Below, in pieces: positions 16,837 through 25,701 of a stretch of 43,555 bases of DNA. The stretch comes from Deltaproteobacteria bacterium (GTDB lineage: Bacteria > Desulfobacterota > Binatia > UBA12015): positions 1-43,555 of the forward strand of contig JAYGCM010000036.1 in NCBI GenBank assembly GCA_046583355.1. The letters are read 5' to 3'. Position numbers and translations under genes: made by a program. Every line of letters starts with the position of its first letter. The first letter of the stretch is position 1. The notes beneath the pieces are model-generated. The model made no database searches and was not told the DNA's origin. It saw only the letters and a list, made by a program, of their open reading frames with translations.

Positions 16837-19335
16837 TCAGAAGGAGTAGCTCACCTCGACCCCGAAGGAGGCCGGTCGCGCCCAACCCTGCGTCGTGATG
16901 CCAAAGACACCGACCAGATCCTCGGCGAAAGCCATATACTCCTTGTCTGTGATGTTGATGCCCCAGAAGGCAATCTGCGCGCGATCATCAAGGAAATCGT
17001 AGGAGACGCGCACGTCCAGCTTGTTGTAACCGCGTTGGAGGGCGGTCGGGTTTCCGACGAAACCGAAGTAGCGGTCGGCGGTATAGGACCATTGCAGGCG
17101 CGGCGTGAGCCAGCCATCGAACCCGCCCGGGCTGCCCATGGTGATGGGCAGAGAATATTGCACGGCGACGAAGCTCGTGAACTTCGGCGCGCCGAAGCGC
17201 TCGCCCGATCGGTCGTTGCCGGTGGCGTCGATGTATTCCGTGTACTCGGCGTCAAGCATGCCGATATTCGCCGTGATCTGCAGGCCCTCGATCGGCACGG
17301 CCATCAACTCGGCTTCCAAACCCTGGCTGCGCGCCTTCGCCGCATTCGTCGTGATGCGCCGGACATAGGGATTTTCGGGATCGTCCGGGTTGTCAATCAC
17401 GACGTTCTGCAACAGCTGAATATCAGTGAAGTTCATGTGGAAGAGCGAGAGATTGAAGGTGAGCCGCTCCTCGAAGGCGACCGTCTTGACACCCAGCTCA
17501 AAATTCTCGATTGACTCGGGCCCGAAGGAGAGCAGGTCTTCCTGCAGCGGGTCGATCACGGCATTGAAGCCACCGCCGCGGAAACCCTGCGAATAAGTGA
17601 AATAGCCCATCAGGTGATCGAGGTGGATCGCGTCAAGCCAGGGTTCGGGGGCAAAGGTCGCCAGACTCGCCATCGGCGTCCACTTCGCGAAGGTCTTCTC
17701 ACCCGAATCGAAGAGGGTTCCCTCCTCGGCGAAGATCGCCGGTACGGCCGAGGGGTCGTCGTGGATCCGATCGAGCTGTTCCGGGGAGAGAGCCTGGTTC
17801 GCGATCGTCACGCGCTTGGTATCTTCGGTGTAGCGCAGGCCGGCGGTCAGGCTCGCCCACTCCGCAAGCCGGGCTGTCGCCTGCGCGAAGAACGCCCAGG
17901 TGAAATTGTCGATCGAGTTCTGCCCGATGGCCTTGTAGCCGAGACCATTTACCACGATGCCGCCACCGTCGCCGCCGACATCCCCGCCCTTGTCCCAGAA
18001 GGAAAAAACGCCGGTCACGAAATCAATCCGGTCGTCCCAGGCACGCCCGTTCAGCTGCACTTCCTCCTGCATCTGGAGGAAGCCGGGCTGCCCCGGCGCC
18101 GTTTGAAGCTGCGTGACCAAGACCTCGGTCACGTCGATATCCTGCGATGTCCAACGGTCGTTCGTCTGCTTGCGCCACGAGGTGATCGATTTGACCGTCA
18201 GGTCGGTGAAGGGGCCGATATCACCGACGTCGCCGGTGATCGTGCCCCAGGCACCGAAACTCTCCTGGTAGTCGTTGGTCGGCGACTCGGTTCGGATCTC
18301 ATAAGGCTTCGAGCGCTGGCAGGCTTCCTTGAAGCCGTCGTAGATCCAGCCGAGCGCGGACTCGTCGCTCTGCCACGCGCAGGTTCGGCCTCGCGTATGG
18401 GATTGGGTCCGATCCCACGAGCCGCTGACATCCACGGTGACGCGCTCATGCGGCGTGAAGCGCAAGGAGCCCAGGAAGGTGAGCGAGTTGATACCGCTTT
18501 GGTAATTCTTCTGCTCCAGGTTCTCCACGAAGCCCTGCGAGTTTGCCGACGCGAAGGCGAGACGCATGGCGAGTCGGTCTTCCAGCCAGCCGATATCGAT
18601 CGGCAGGTTCAACATCGCGCGAGTGCGAACGCTCTCGAAGCTGCCGGCACGCACGAAGGCGAAAGCCTCGAACTCGTCGCCGGGCTTGACGGTGGTGAAA
18701 TTGATCGCGCCGCCGACCGTATTTTTACCGAAGAGCGTTCCTTGCGGACCGCGCAGAACCTCCACCTGCGCGATATCGAGCACATCGAGAATCTTGCCGC
18801 CGCGCGGCAGATAGACGCCGTCGACATAAGTGCCTACGCCCGGGTCGAAGGCGGCCTCGCCGGTCGTGGTACCGATGCCGCGGATCCGTGCCCGCGCGCC
18901 ACTGGTTGAGCGCGCTGACGTAAAGATGAGATTCGGGATGAGTTCCGCGAGTTGCTCGGTACGCTGGACATTCGCATCCCGTAGGGCTGTCTCGCTCAGC
19001 ACGGTGATCGAGATCGGCGTGTTCTCGAGCAACTCCGAGCGCTTCCTCGCAGTAACAACGATCTCTTCGAGCTTCCGGATACGGCCCGTCGAAACGGCTG
19101 GAACCGCCTTGCCGGCCTTGACCCTCGACACCTCGGCCTCGGCCGCATCCGCGGAAGCAGGAGCACCCCCGCCCTCGGCCGGCGCCGATATCGATTCCGT
19201 ATAGTCGGCGGGCGAACCACGGACTGCCTCCTCACCAAGTGCTGGCGATATAAAAAAGGCCAGCATGGCCATCGTCATGCTGATCGAGAGATGTGACCGA
19301 AACGAGGAGCGACGCAAAAGATCATCAACGTTCAT
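16837..19335 (-). CDS. TonB-dependent receptor (paralog of 3842-6211)
   Basis: Signal peptide; LEEIVVTARKR; VEVLRGPQGTLFGKNTVGGAIN; ends VSYSF. Confidence 0.93.
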   Translation of the reverse strand: MNVDDLLRRSSFRSHLSISMTMAMLAFFISPALGEEAVRGSPADYTESISAPAEGGGAPASADAAEAEVSRVKAGKAVPAVSTGRIRKLEEIVVTARKRSELLENTPISITVLSETALRDANVQRTEQLAELIPNLIFTSARSTSGARARIRGIGTTTGEAAFDPGVGTYVDGVYLPRGGKILDVLDIAQVEVLRGPQGTLFGKNTVGGAINFTTVKPGDEFEAFAFVRAGSFESVRTRAMLNLPIDIGWLEDRLAMRLAFASANSQGFVENLEQKNYQSGINSLTFLGSLRFTPHERVTVDVSGSWDRTQSHTRGRTCAWQSDESALGWIYDGFKEACQRSKPYEIRTESPTNDYQESFGAWGTITGDVGDIGPFTDLTVKSITSWRKQTNDRWTSQDIDVTEVLVTQLQTAPGQPGFLQMQEEVQLNGRAWDDRIDFVTGVFSFWDKGGDVGGDGGGIVVNGLGYKAIGQNSIDNFTWAFFAQATARLAEWASLTAGLRYTEDTKRVTIANQALSPEQLDRIHDDPSAVPAIFAEEGTLFDSGEKTFAKWTPMASLATFAPEPWLDAIHLDHLMGYFTYSQGFRGGGFNAVIDPLQEDLLSFGPESIENFELGVKTVAFEERLTFNLSLFHMNFTDIQLLQNVVIDNPDDPENPYVRRITTNAAKARSQGLEAELMAVPIEGLQITANIGMLDAEYTEYIDATGNDRSGERFGAPKFTSFVAVQYSLPITMGSPGGFDGWLTPRLQWSYTADRYFGFVGNPTALQRGYNKLDVRVSYDFLDDRAQIAFWGINITDKEYMAFAEDLVGVFGITTQGWARPASFGVEVSYSF

Positions 19336-19363
19336 GTCGGGAAGCTATCCAGAACGTCGACAA

Positions 19364-19384
19364 CAAGTCAATAAGTTTGACTAA
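19364..19384. promoter_or_regulatory. GTCAA-N5-TTGAC operator (box 3)
   Basis: CAA GTCAA TAAGT TTGAC TAA (perfect AGTCAA/TTGACT arms) between divergent TBDR and SRPBCC genes. Confidence 0.7.
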
Positions 19385-19431
19385 GTATTATTCGCCGTGT
19401 CATTCTTGGTCGAGGAAGACGCGGGGATAAT

Positions 19432-19998
19432 ATGGAAAAACCGATACGAAGAACCCGTAGGAGAGGGAGGCTCATACTCGTCGGCGTATGCACCGGGCTG
19501 GTCGGGGTGGCTATCTACCTGGCAGCGCTGGCCTCCGGTCCGCCGGTCTATGTGGTCGAACACGAGCTCCGGCTCGAGGCGAGCCCACAAGAAGTGTGGC
19601 AGGTGCTGGTCGATACGAGCGCCTACCCCGAATGGAACCCCTATATCCGCAAACTCGAGGGCAAACTCGCAGTCGGCGAGGTCGTCCGGGCCACGTTGGC
19701 CCAGTCGAATTGGCCGAAGCCCAGAACCGTCGCGGCGCAGATCGTCGGCGTCTCGGCTGCACGGGAGCTCCATTGGCACGGCCGCCTCGGCATTCCCGGA
19801 ATCCTCGAAACCGATCATTTCTTCCGTATCGAAGACCGCGGGAGGGCTGGCGTGATTTTCATTCAGCGTGAGGAATTCCGGGGCTGGCTCGCGCAAAAGA
19901 TGCACAAAAAGGGTAAACAGGAACATACCCTCGAATCCTTCCGGCGGATGAATGAAGCCCTTGCCGTACGGGTCGCGGCACTCGCCGATGCGCACTGA
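19432..19998 (+). CDS. SRPBCC/START-like ligand-binding domain protein with N-terminal membrane anchor
   Basis: ASPQEVWQVLVDTSAYPEWNPYI, ELHWHG, FIQREEFRG, FRRMNEALAVRV; hydrophobic N-terminal segment. Confidence 0.82.
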   Translation: MEKPIRRTRRRGRLILVGVCTGLVGVAIYLAALASGPPVYVVEHELRLEASPQEVWQVLVDTSAYPEWNPYIRKLEGKLAVGEVVRATLAQSNWPKPRTVAAQIVGVSAARELHWHGRLGIPGILETDHFFRIEDRGRAGVIFIQREEFRGWLAQKMHKKGKQEHTLESFRRMNEALAVRVAALADAH

Positions 19999-20002
19999 AG
20001 TA

Positions 20003-20023
20003 TTCGTCAACCTTATTAACTAA
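20003..20023. promoter_or_regulatory. GTCAA-N5-TTGAC operator (box 4)
   Basis: TTC GTCAA CCTTA TTAAC TAA in the short gap before the sterol desaturase-like gene. Confidence 0.6.
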
Positions 20024-20059
20024 GTGAGACAGCCGGACTACAATCCTCCGAGAACTCCC

Positions 20060-21067
20060 ATGAACAACATCGCAAAAAATCCACCCGAACTCGTCGCCGA
20101 GCAAGCGCCCGGTGGAGACACCGCAACCCCGGAAGGGCGGGCCTTCTGGCAGCAGGCGCTCTCCTGGGGCCTGTTCCCGGTCACCGTCCTGGCCACCGCC
20201 GCAAGCGGCATCTGGCTGATGGAAGCACAGAATCCGCGCCTCATGTGGCTGCGACTCGCCGTCACCGGTCCGGGTCTGCTCCTGCTCTTCGGCCTTGAGT
20301 GGCTACTGCCGCACCGCGCCGCGTGGAACAGCCGTCGTGACGGCGACCTCCTGACCGACGTGCTGCACAACACCATCGGCGCCTCGCTCTACCCGGCGCG
20401 CTCCATCGTAGTCACCGCCCTTCTCACCGCGACGATCGCCTGGCTGGCGGCGCGCTTCGGCAGCGACTCCCTCTGGCCAAGCACCTGGCCGCTCGCAGCC
20501 CAGGTCGTGCTGCTCGTCGTGCTCGGCGAATTTTTCTACTATTGGGCGCATCGCTTCGCGCACGAATACGGGCTGCTCTGGCGGCTCCATTCGACGCACC
20601 ACAGCCCGTCGCGCCTCTATTGGTTCAACGCCGACCGCTTCCATCCCTTCGATATGATCCTGCTCTCGGCCGCCCGCGCGATTCCGGCGATCTTCCTCGG
20701 CGCCGAGGCGGCGCCGATCGTGGTCCAGGGCCTGCTCGTGGCCTATTGCGGCAAGCTCCAGCATGCCAACGTCGATATGCGCTTCGGCATCCTGAACCAG
20801 GTCTTCGCCACCGCCGATTGGCACCGCTGGCACCACTCGACGGCGCAGACACAATGCAATTACGGCAATATCCTCATCCTCTGGGACCGCGTCTTCGGCA
20901 CCGCCTACCTTCCGCAAGACGGCCACGCGCCCGACGAACTCGGCCTGGTCGATATGCCCGCGTTCCCCACCGGCTATTTCGGCCAATTGCTCGCGCCCTT
21001 CCGTTGGCGCACCCTCGAGAAGGAAAGCCGCCAGCAACTCGCGGCCGAAGACCCGGAACGGGAGTGA
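20060..21067 (+). CDS. Sterol desaturase / fatty acid hydroxylase family membrane di-iron enzyme
   Basis: His boxes YWAHRFAH, HSTHHS, QHAN, HRWHH; NYG..LILWDRVFGT; several TM helices. Start 20060 (ATG) or 20024 (GTG). Confidence 0.9.
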   Translation: MNNIAKNPPELVAEQAPGGDTATPEGRAFWQQALSWGLFPVTVLATAASGIWLMEAQNPRLMWLRLAVTGPGLLLLFGLEWLLPHRAAWNSRRDGDLLTDVLHNTIGASLYPARSIVVTALLTATIAWLAARFGSDSLWPSTWPLAAQVVLLVVLGEFFYYWAHRFAHEYGLLWRLHSTHHSPSRLYWFNADRFHPFDMILLSAARAIPAIFLGAEAAPIVVQGLLVAYCGKLQHANVDMRFGILNQVFATADWHRWHHSTAQTQCNYGNILILWDRVFGTAYLPQDGHAPDELGLVDMPAFPTGYFGQLLAPFRWRTLEKESRQQLAAEDPERE

Positions 21068-21070
21068 AAC

Positions 21071-21886
21071 TCAGGACGTCGCCGGATCGGCGGCTGGACG
21101 CGGTCCTATCCACATGGACGCCTGACCGCGCGCCACCGAACCGAGCCGATCGAAAATCGTCGAACGTCCCTGCCCGATCCCGTCCGCCGCAAGGTCGGCG
21201 CGGGCTTTCACACCGATCCATTCCCCCACCGGTTCACGAACGACGTGAATCGTCAGATCGGGGTTGATGAAGAACCAGCTCCGATGGTCAAGTGGAACTG
21301 CCGAGCCGCTCGTGAAATCGGCTGCGACCGCCAACCGCACGAGCGGGCTGATCTCTTCTCCGGCAACCAATGCCACGCGCAGCCGGGTCCAGACCATCAC
21401 CGCATCCCCCTCGCCCGACAGCGCGGTGCGCGCGTAATCGATTGCGCCGAAGAAGGCCGGCGCTGCGGCCAGAGCCTCGCCGCTCAGACACTCGTCCTCT
21501 GCGGGTGGCCGCGGTGCGCGCGGGGCGGGGGCTACCGGCACCTCGAGGTCGCTGTTGACGCGAATCCGCAGCACGGACGCGCGCACCAACAGGCGCGCCT
21601 CATCGCGGATCGTTACGTCCAGAAGCTGTATGCGCGCGCCCTGGCGCACGACCTCGACCGCGACCGACAAGGGTTGCATCGGCACGCCTTGCAAGAGGTC
21701 GAGACTCACCTTCGCGACGCGCATCGGAAAAGGGCAGGAAACGCGATCGACGGCGCGCGCGATCAGTCCCGCGACGGGAGATCCGTGCAGCTGCCCGGCC
21801 GCCCACGGGCCTTCCGCAAGCGGCGACGGGATGAGCCACTCGCCGTCACGCACGAAAAGAGCCTCGGAAGCCGCCATATCGACCAT
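21071..21886 (-). CDS. Thioesterase family protein (double hot-dog, TesB-like)
   Basis: GPWAAGQLHGSPVAGLIAR, VRQGARIQL, AAD, FINPDLTIHVVREPVGEWI motifs. Confidence 0.85.
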   Translation of the reverse strand: MVDMAASEALFVRDGEWLIPSPLAEGPWAAGQLHGSPVAGLIARAVDRVSCPFPMRVAKVSLDLLQGVPMQPLSVAVEVVRQGARIQLLDVTIRDEARLLVRASVLRIRVNSDLEVPVAPAPRAPRPPAEDECLSGEALAAAPAFFGAIDYARTALSGEGDAVMVWTRLRVALVAGEEISPLVRLAVAADFTSGSAVPLDHRSWFFINPDLTIHVVREPVGEWIGVKARADLAADGIGQGRSTIFDRLGSVARGQASMWIGPRPAADPATS

Positions 21887-21890
21887 GCGC

Positions 21891-23141
21891 TCAGCCTACG
21901 ACGTCGGCCGTCTTGAGTTCAAGGATCTCGGGCCAATCGAGGCCGAGTTCGAGAAGGATCTCCTCGGTTTGTTCCGAGAAGGCCGGCGCGCGGCGCACAT
22001 CGGGCGGTCGCTCGTCGAATTGCACGGGGCTGGCGACAAGCGAAAATGTCTCGCCGTCCGCAGCCTCGACCGGCACGATATAGCCATTCGCCTGCACCTG
22101 CGGATCGTCCGCGAGTTCGGCGGTATTCTGCACGGCGGCCCATTGGCCTTCGCCACGCGCCAGCACTTCGCGCCACTGGGCAAGCGTCTTGGTCGCGATG
22201 ATCCCGGCCACCTCCTGCCCGGCCGCGGCGGCATTTTCGAAGAGCAGCTGCGCCGAGGCGAAGCGGGGATCCGTGGCGAGTTCCGGCCTTTCCGCCAGCG
22301 TGCAGAACTCCGCCCAATAGCGATTTGCCTGCAGCATCGACAGGCTGAGACCACGGCCGTCGCGCGTGCGGAAGATGCCAACCAGCGGGTTGGCCTCGGA
22401 GCTATGGTAGTCGATTTCGCTGCCTTGCCACGCCGTTCCGGTGGCGAGCGACAGGTTCACGGCGAGGCCCACGGCCCAGATCCCGGTGGAGAGCAGCGAC
22501 ACGTCGACGAGGCTGGTCTCGCCCGTCCGTTCGCGCTTGAAGAGCGCCGCCGCAATGCCGCCGGCGATCGTCATTCCGCCGATCGAGTCACCGTAGGCCG
22601 GCCCCGGCTGCCAGACAACGCCGTCGGTTCCCGGCGGCGTCGCGCTGGCCGCGCTACCCGCGCGGCACCAGAAGGCGGTCATATCGTAGCCCCCGGCATC
22701 GGCGTCCGGGCCGCGATGGCCAAAGGCGGAGCCGCGTACGTAGATGATATCAGGATTGACGGCACGAATATCCTCGACATCGATTTTCAGCTTGGCGCGC
22801 GCCGAAGGCAGGAAATTCGTAAGGAAGACATCGGATTTTGCGGCGAGGCGGTAGAGCAGAGCCTGGCCCTCGGGCTTCGAGAGGTCGAGGCCGAGCGACC
22901 GCTTGCCGCGATTCGCATGCTCCATCAGCGGATTGCGCTCTTCGGGAATCTTGACGCCACCCAGAACCTTGAGGCCACGCTGGGCGTCGCCCGCCGTGGC
23001 GTGCTCGACCTTGATCACGTCGGCGCCCCAATCGGCGAGCACGGCGCCCGCCGCCGGAACGAAGGTGAATTGCGCGACCTCGAGGACGCGCACCCCTGCC
23101 ATCGCACCAGAGTTCCGACTCGGCGGAACTCTATCCGGCAC
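21891..23141 (-). CDS. Class III CoA-transferase (CaiB/BaiF family)
   Basis: GVRVLEVAQFTFVPAAGAVLADWGADVIKVE, NRGKRSLGLDL, catalytic Asp region YGDSIGG, RRAPAFSEQT. Start GTG 23141 or ATG 23102. Confidence 0.92.
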   Translation of the reverse strand: MPDRVPPSRNSGAMAGVRVLEVAQFTFVPAAGAVLADWGADVIKVEHATAGDAQRGLKVLGGVKIPEERNPLMEHANRGKRSLGLDLSKPEGQALLYRLAAKSDVFLTNFLPSARAKLKIDVEDIRAVNPDIIYVRGSAFGHRGPDADAGGYDMTAFWCRAGSAASATPPGTDGVVWQPGPAYGDSIGGMTIAGGIAAALFKRERTGETSLVDVSLLSTGIWAVGLAVNLSLATGTAWQGSEIDYHSSEANPLVGIFRTRDGRGLSLSMLQANRYWAEFCTLAERPELATDPRFASAQLLFENAAAAGQEVAGIIATKTLAQWREVLARGEGQWAAVQNTAELADDPQVQANGYIVPVEAADGETFSLVASPVQFDERPPDVRRAPAFSEQTEEILLELGLDWPEILELKTADVVG

Positions 23142-24342
23142 GGCGGAGATCTCCCGCACCGCCGGCGCCGACTCGCATGGGCAATACGCCGAAACCACGC
23201 TGGACATTGCCACCGTGGATACGCTCGGCTCCGGCCTCGTCGATCTCATAATCCGGCCAGCGCGAAAGAACCCCCTCGAGCGCGACGCGCATTTCGAGAC
23301 GCGCCAGCGATTTGCCCAGACAGAAATGATGCCCCCAGCCAAACGAGAGGTGCTGGCTCAGCTCGCGGCGCACGTCGAGACGATCCGGGTCCTGAAAATG
23401 GCGCTCGTCACGGTTGGCTGCGCCGGTCAGGAGCAGCACGCGTGCGCCCTTGGGAATCGTCACGCCATGCAGCTCCACGTCGCGCGTGGCCGTGCGCCCC
23501 TGGTATTGGGAGGGCGTGTCGAAGCGAAGAAGCTCCTCGATTGCGGGATCGATGCTTGCCGGATCGTCGATCAGAATCTGACGTTGCGCGGGATAGCGCC
23601 ATAGCCAGTAGAGCGACGAGGAGAGCAGCTTGGCCGTGGTCTCGTTGCCGGCGAAATAGAGCAACTGCAGGAAGGCGACCAATTCGCCCTGCGTGAGCCG
23701 GTCCATCGCGCCATCGCCGCGCTCGACTTCCGCCCGGGTCAAATCCGAGATGAGATCGTCGCCCGGGTTCTCGCGTCGGGCATCGACCAGTGGCGGCAAT
23801 GCCGCCATGAATTCACCCATTGCCGCGAGCGCCGAGGGCGGCGGTTCCGGCTTGCCGGGGTCGCGGAAGGACATGCGATTACCGAGGTCGCGGAGACGTT
23901 CACGCTCGCCTTCGGGGACACCGAGCAAGGTGCTGATCACATCCATCGGCAGCCTGTTGGCGATCGCCTCGACACCGCAGAAGGCCTCGGCGTCGCCGAC
24001 TTCCGCGACATAATCCCGCATCCGGGCGCGGACATACCCCTCCAGCGAGGCGATGCGCTTGGGCGTAAATGCACGGCTCACAAGGCTGCGCAGGCGCTCA
24101 TGGTCGGGCGGGTCCATGGTGATCATCATCGGCAATTGGGGCTTGCCGTGTTCGATCGTGATGCCCTGCGCCGAGCTATAGGTCGGCCAATCCCGGGTCG
24201 CCTCCCAGACATCATCCCAGCGGGACAATGCGTAAAAACCCAATTCAGGATTGTGATAGACCGGTGCCTCGTCGCGCAGCCGGCGGTAGATCGGGTACGG
24301 ATCCTCGTGGATCTCCCAGGCGAATGGATTGTATTCGAGCAT
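23131..24342 (-). CDS. Cytochrome P450
   Basis: DPYPIYRRLR, MDPPDH, FAGNETT, EELLRF, AANRDE, FGWGHHFCLG. Confidence 0.95.
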   Translation of the reverse strand: MLEYNPFAWEIHEDPYPIYRRLRDEAPVYHNPELGFYALSRWDDVWEATRDWPTYSSAQGITIEHGKPQLPMMITMDPPDHERLRSLVSRAFTPKRIASLEGYVRARMRDYVAEVGDAEAFCGVEAIANRLPMDVISTLLGVPEGERERLRDLGNRMSFRDPGKPEPPPSALAAMGEFMAALPPLVDARRENPGDDLISDLTRAEVERGDGAMDRLTQGELVAFLQLLYFAGNETTAKLLSSSLYWLWRYPAQRQILIDDPASIDPAIEELLRFDTPSQYQGRTATRDVELHGVTIPKGARVLLLTGAANRDERHFQDPDRLDVRRELSQHLSFGWGHHFCLGKSLARLEMRVALEGVLSRWPDYEIDEAGAERIHGGNVQRGFGVLPMRVGAGGAGDLRRAG

Positions 24343-24347
24343 CGGAC

Positions 24348-25613
24348 TCAGCGGAGCTCCCCGTACGTCGCGACATAATCAGCGGCGTACTCTTTGCGCG
24401 ACCGAGTGCGTAGATCCACATCGGTCGCCAATGCGCGCAGCGCACCGACTGTCGCCTGCGCACGCGGGATATGGCGGAAGGGATCGAAGCGCAGCCAACG
24501 CGATGCGTTCTCATGCGTGATTCGATTGATCTCGGCGTCGCTGCATTCGGCCAGCTCGATGCTCTCCCAGAGTTCCTCGGGCGAACCCGGGAAGGTGCAA
24601 TCGGAGTGGGGGTAGTCGACCTCGTAGGCGATATTGTCGATGCCGATACGGTCGCGCAGGAGAAGGCCGGAGGGATCGCAGATGAAGCAGGCGAGGAAAT
24701 GACGGCGGAAGACCTCTGTCGGCGTAAGACCGCCCAGGTCTGCGCCGGTCCATTTCTGCTTCGAATAATGCCGCTCCATGCGGTCGAGGAAACCCGGAAT
24801 CCACGAGGTGCCGCCCTCGGATAGCGCGATGCGCAGCTCGGGAAACTTCTGCAGCGAGCGGGACCAGAGAAAATTCGCCGCACACGGCAGCGCATTCCAG
24901 CACGGCAACGTGACGTTCACGTCGACCGGCGTGGATTTGCGACCGAGCGGGCCGGTGGCCGATGACGCGATATGAATCGCGATGGTGACGCCCTCCTCGA
25001 CGCAAGCCGCGAAGAAGGGATCCCATTCGCCCGAATGGATGCTCGCAAAGCCCATTCCCTCCGGGTCTTCGGAAAACGCAATCGCCGTGGCTCCCTTGCG
25101 CGCAACCCGCCGCACCTCTTCGGCTGCGAGCGCGGGGTCCCATACCGGGGCCAGCGGCAGCGGGATGAAGCGCCCCGGCGCGCTGCCGCACCATTCGTCG
25201 ATATGCCAGTCGTTGTAGGCGCGCAGGCAGACAAGCGCGAGCTCGCGATCCTTGGCCGAGGCGAAGAACCAGCCCGCACTTCCCGGAAAGGAGGGGAAAC
25301 ACATCGACGCGAGCACGCCATTGGCGTTCATATCGCGCACGCGCTCCTTCACGTCCCAGCAACCGGGGCGCATTTCGGCGAGCGTCGCCGGATCGAAGCC
25401 CCATTCGTCTGGCGGCAGGGTCACCACGGCGTTGATGAAGGGCGTGAGCGTCGTGCCCTCCTCCCAGGTCCATACCTGGACGTGCCGCTTCGCGTCATAA
25501 ACCAGGCGCGGGGCGCGGGCCGCCCACTTCGCCGGCACATGGTTCTGAAAGACGGTCGGGGGCTCAATGATGTGATCGTCCACGCTGACCAAGACCATGT
25601 CTTCGAGTTTCAT
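24348..25613 (-). CDS. Amidohydrolase family protein (amidohydro_2 type)
   Basis: VSVDDHIIEP, AYNDWHIDEWC, IHIAS, LSEGGTSWIP, EVDYPHSD; RBS GAGGAG before ATG 25613. Confidence 0.9.
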   Translation of the reverse strand: MKLEDMVLVSVDDHIIEPPTVFQNHVPAKWAARAPRLVYDAKRHVQVWTWEEGTTLTPFINAVVTLPPDEWGFDPATLAEMRPGCWDVKERVRDMNANGVLASMCFPSFPGSAGWFFASAKDRELALVCLRAYNDWHIDEWCGSAPGRFIPLPLAPVWDPALAAEEVRRVARKGATAIAFSEDPEGMGFASIHSGEWDPFFAACVEEGVTIAIHIASSATGPLGRKSTPVDVNVTLPCWNALPCAANFLWSRSLQKFPELRIALSEGGTSWIPGFLDRMERHYSKQKWTGADLGGLTPTEVFRRHFLACFICDPSGLLLRDRIGIDNIAYEVDYPHSDCTFPGSPEELWESIELAECSDAEINRITHENASRWLRFDPFRHIPRAQATVGALRALATDVDLRTRSRKEYAADYVATYGELR

Positions 25614-25674
25614 TGTTTTCTCCTCAGCTCGGTTGCCGCAATCTGCAGATAGACAAATATCCCGCTTGCTCTCG

Positions 25675-25695
25675 ATAGTCAAGTTAATTAACTAT
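25675..25695. promoter_or_regulatory. GTCAA-N5-TTGAC operator (box 5)
   Basis: ATA GTCAA GTTAA TTAAC TAT (7/8 arm symmetry) between divergent amidohydrolase and GH3 genes. Confidence 0.68.
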
Positions 25696-25701
25696 TGCAG
25701 A

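Noticed and set aside
21555..23696. 713-aa plus-strand ORF
   Set aside because: Antisense to thioesterase, CoA-transferase and P450; Arg/Ala-rich with no domain signature.
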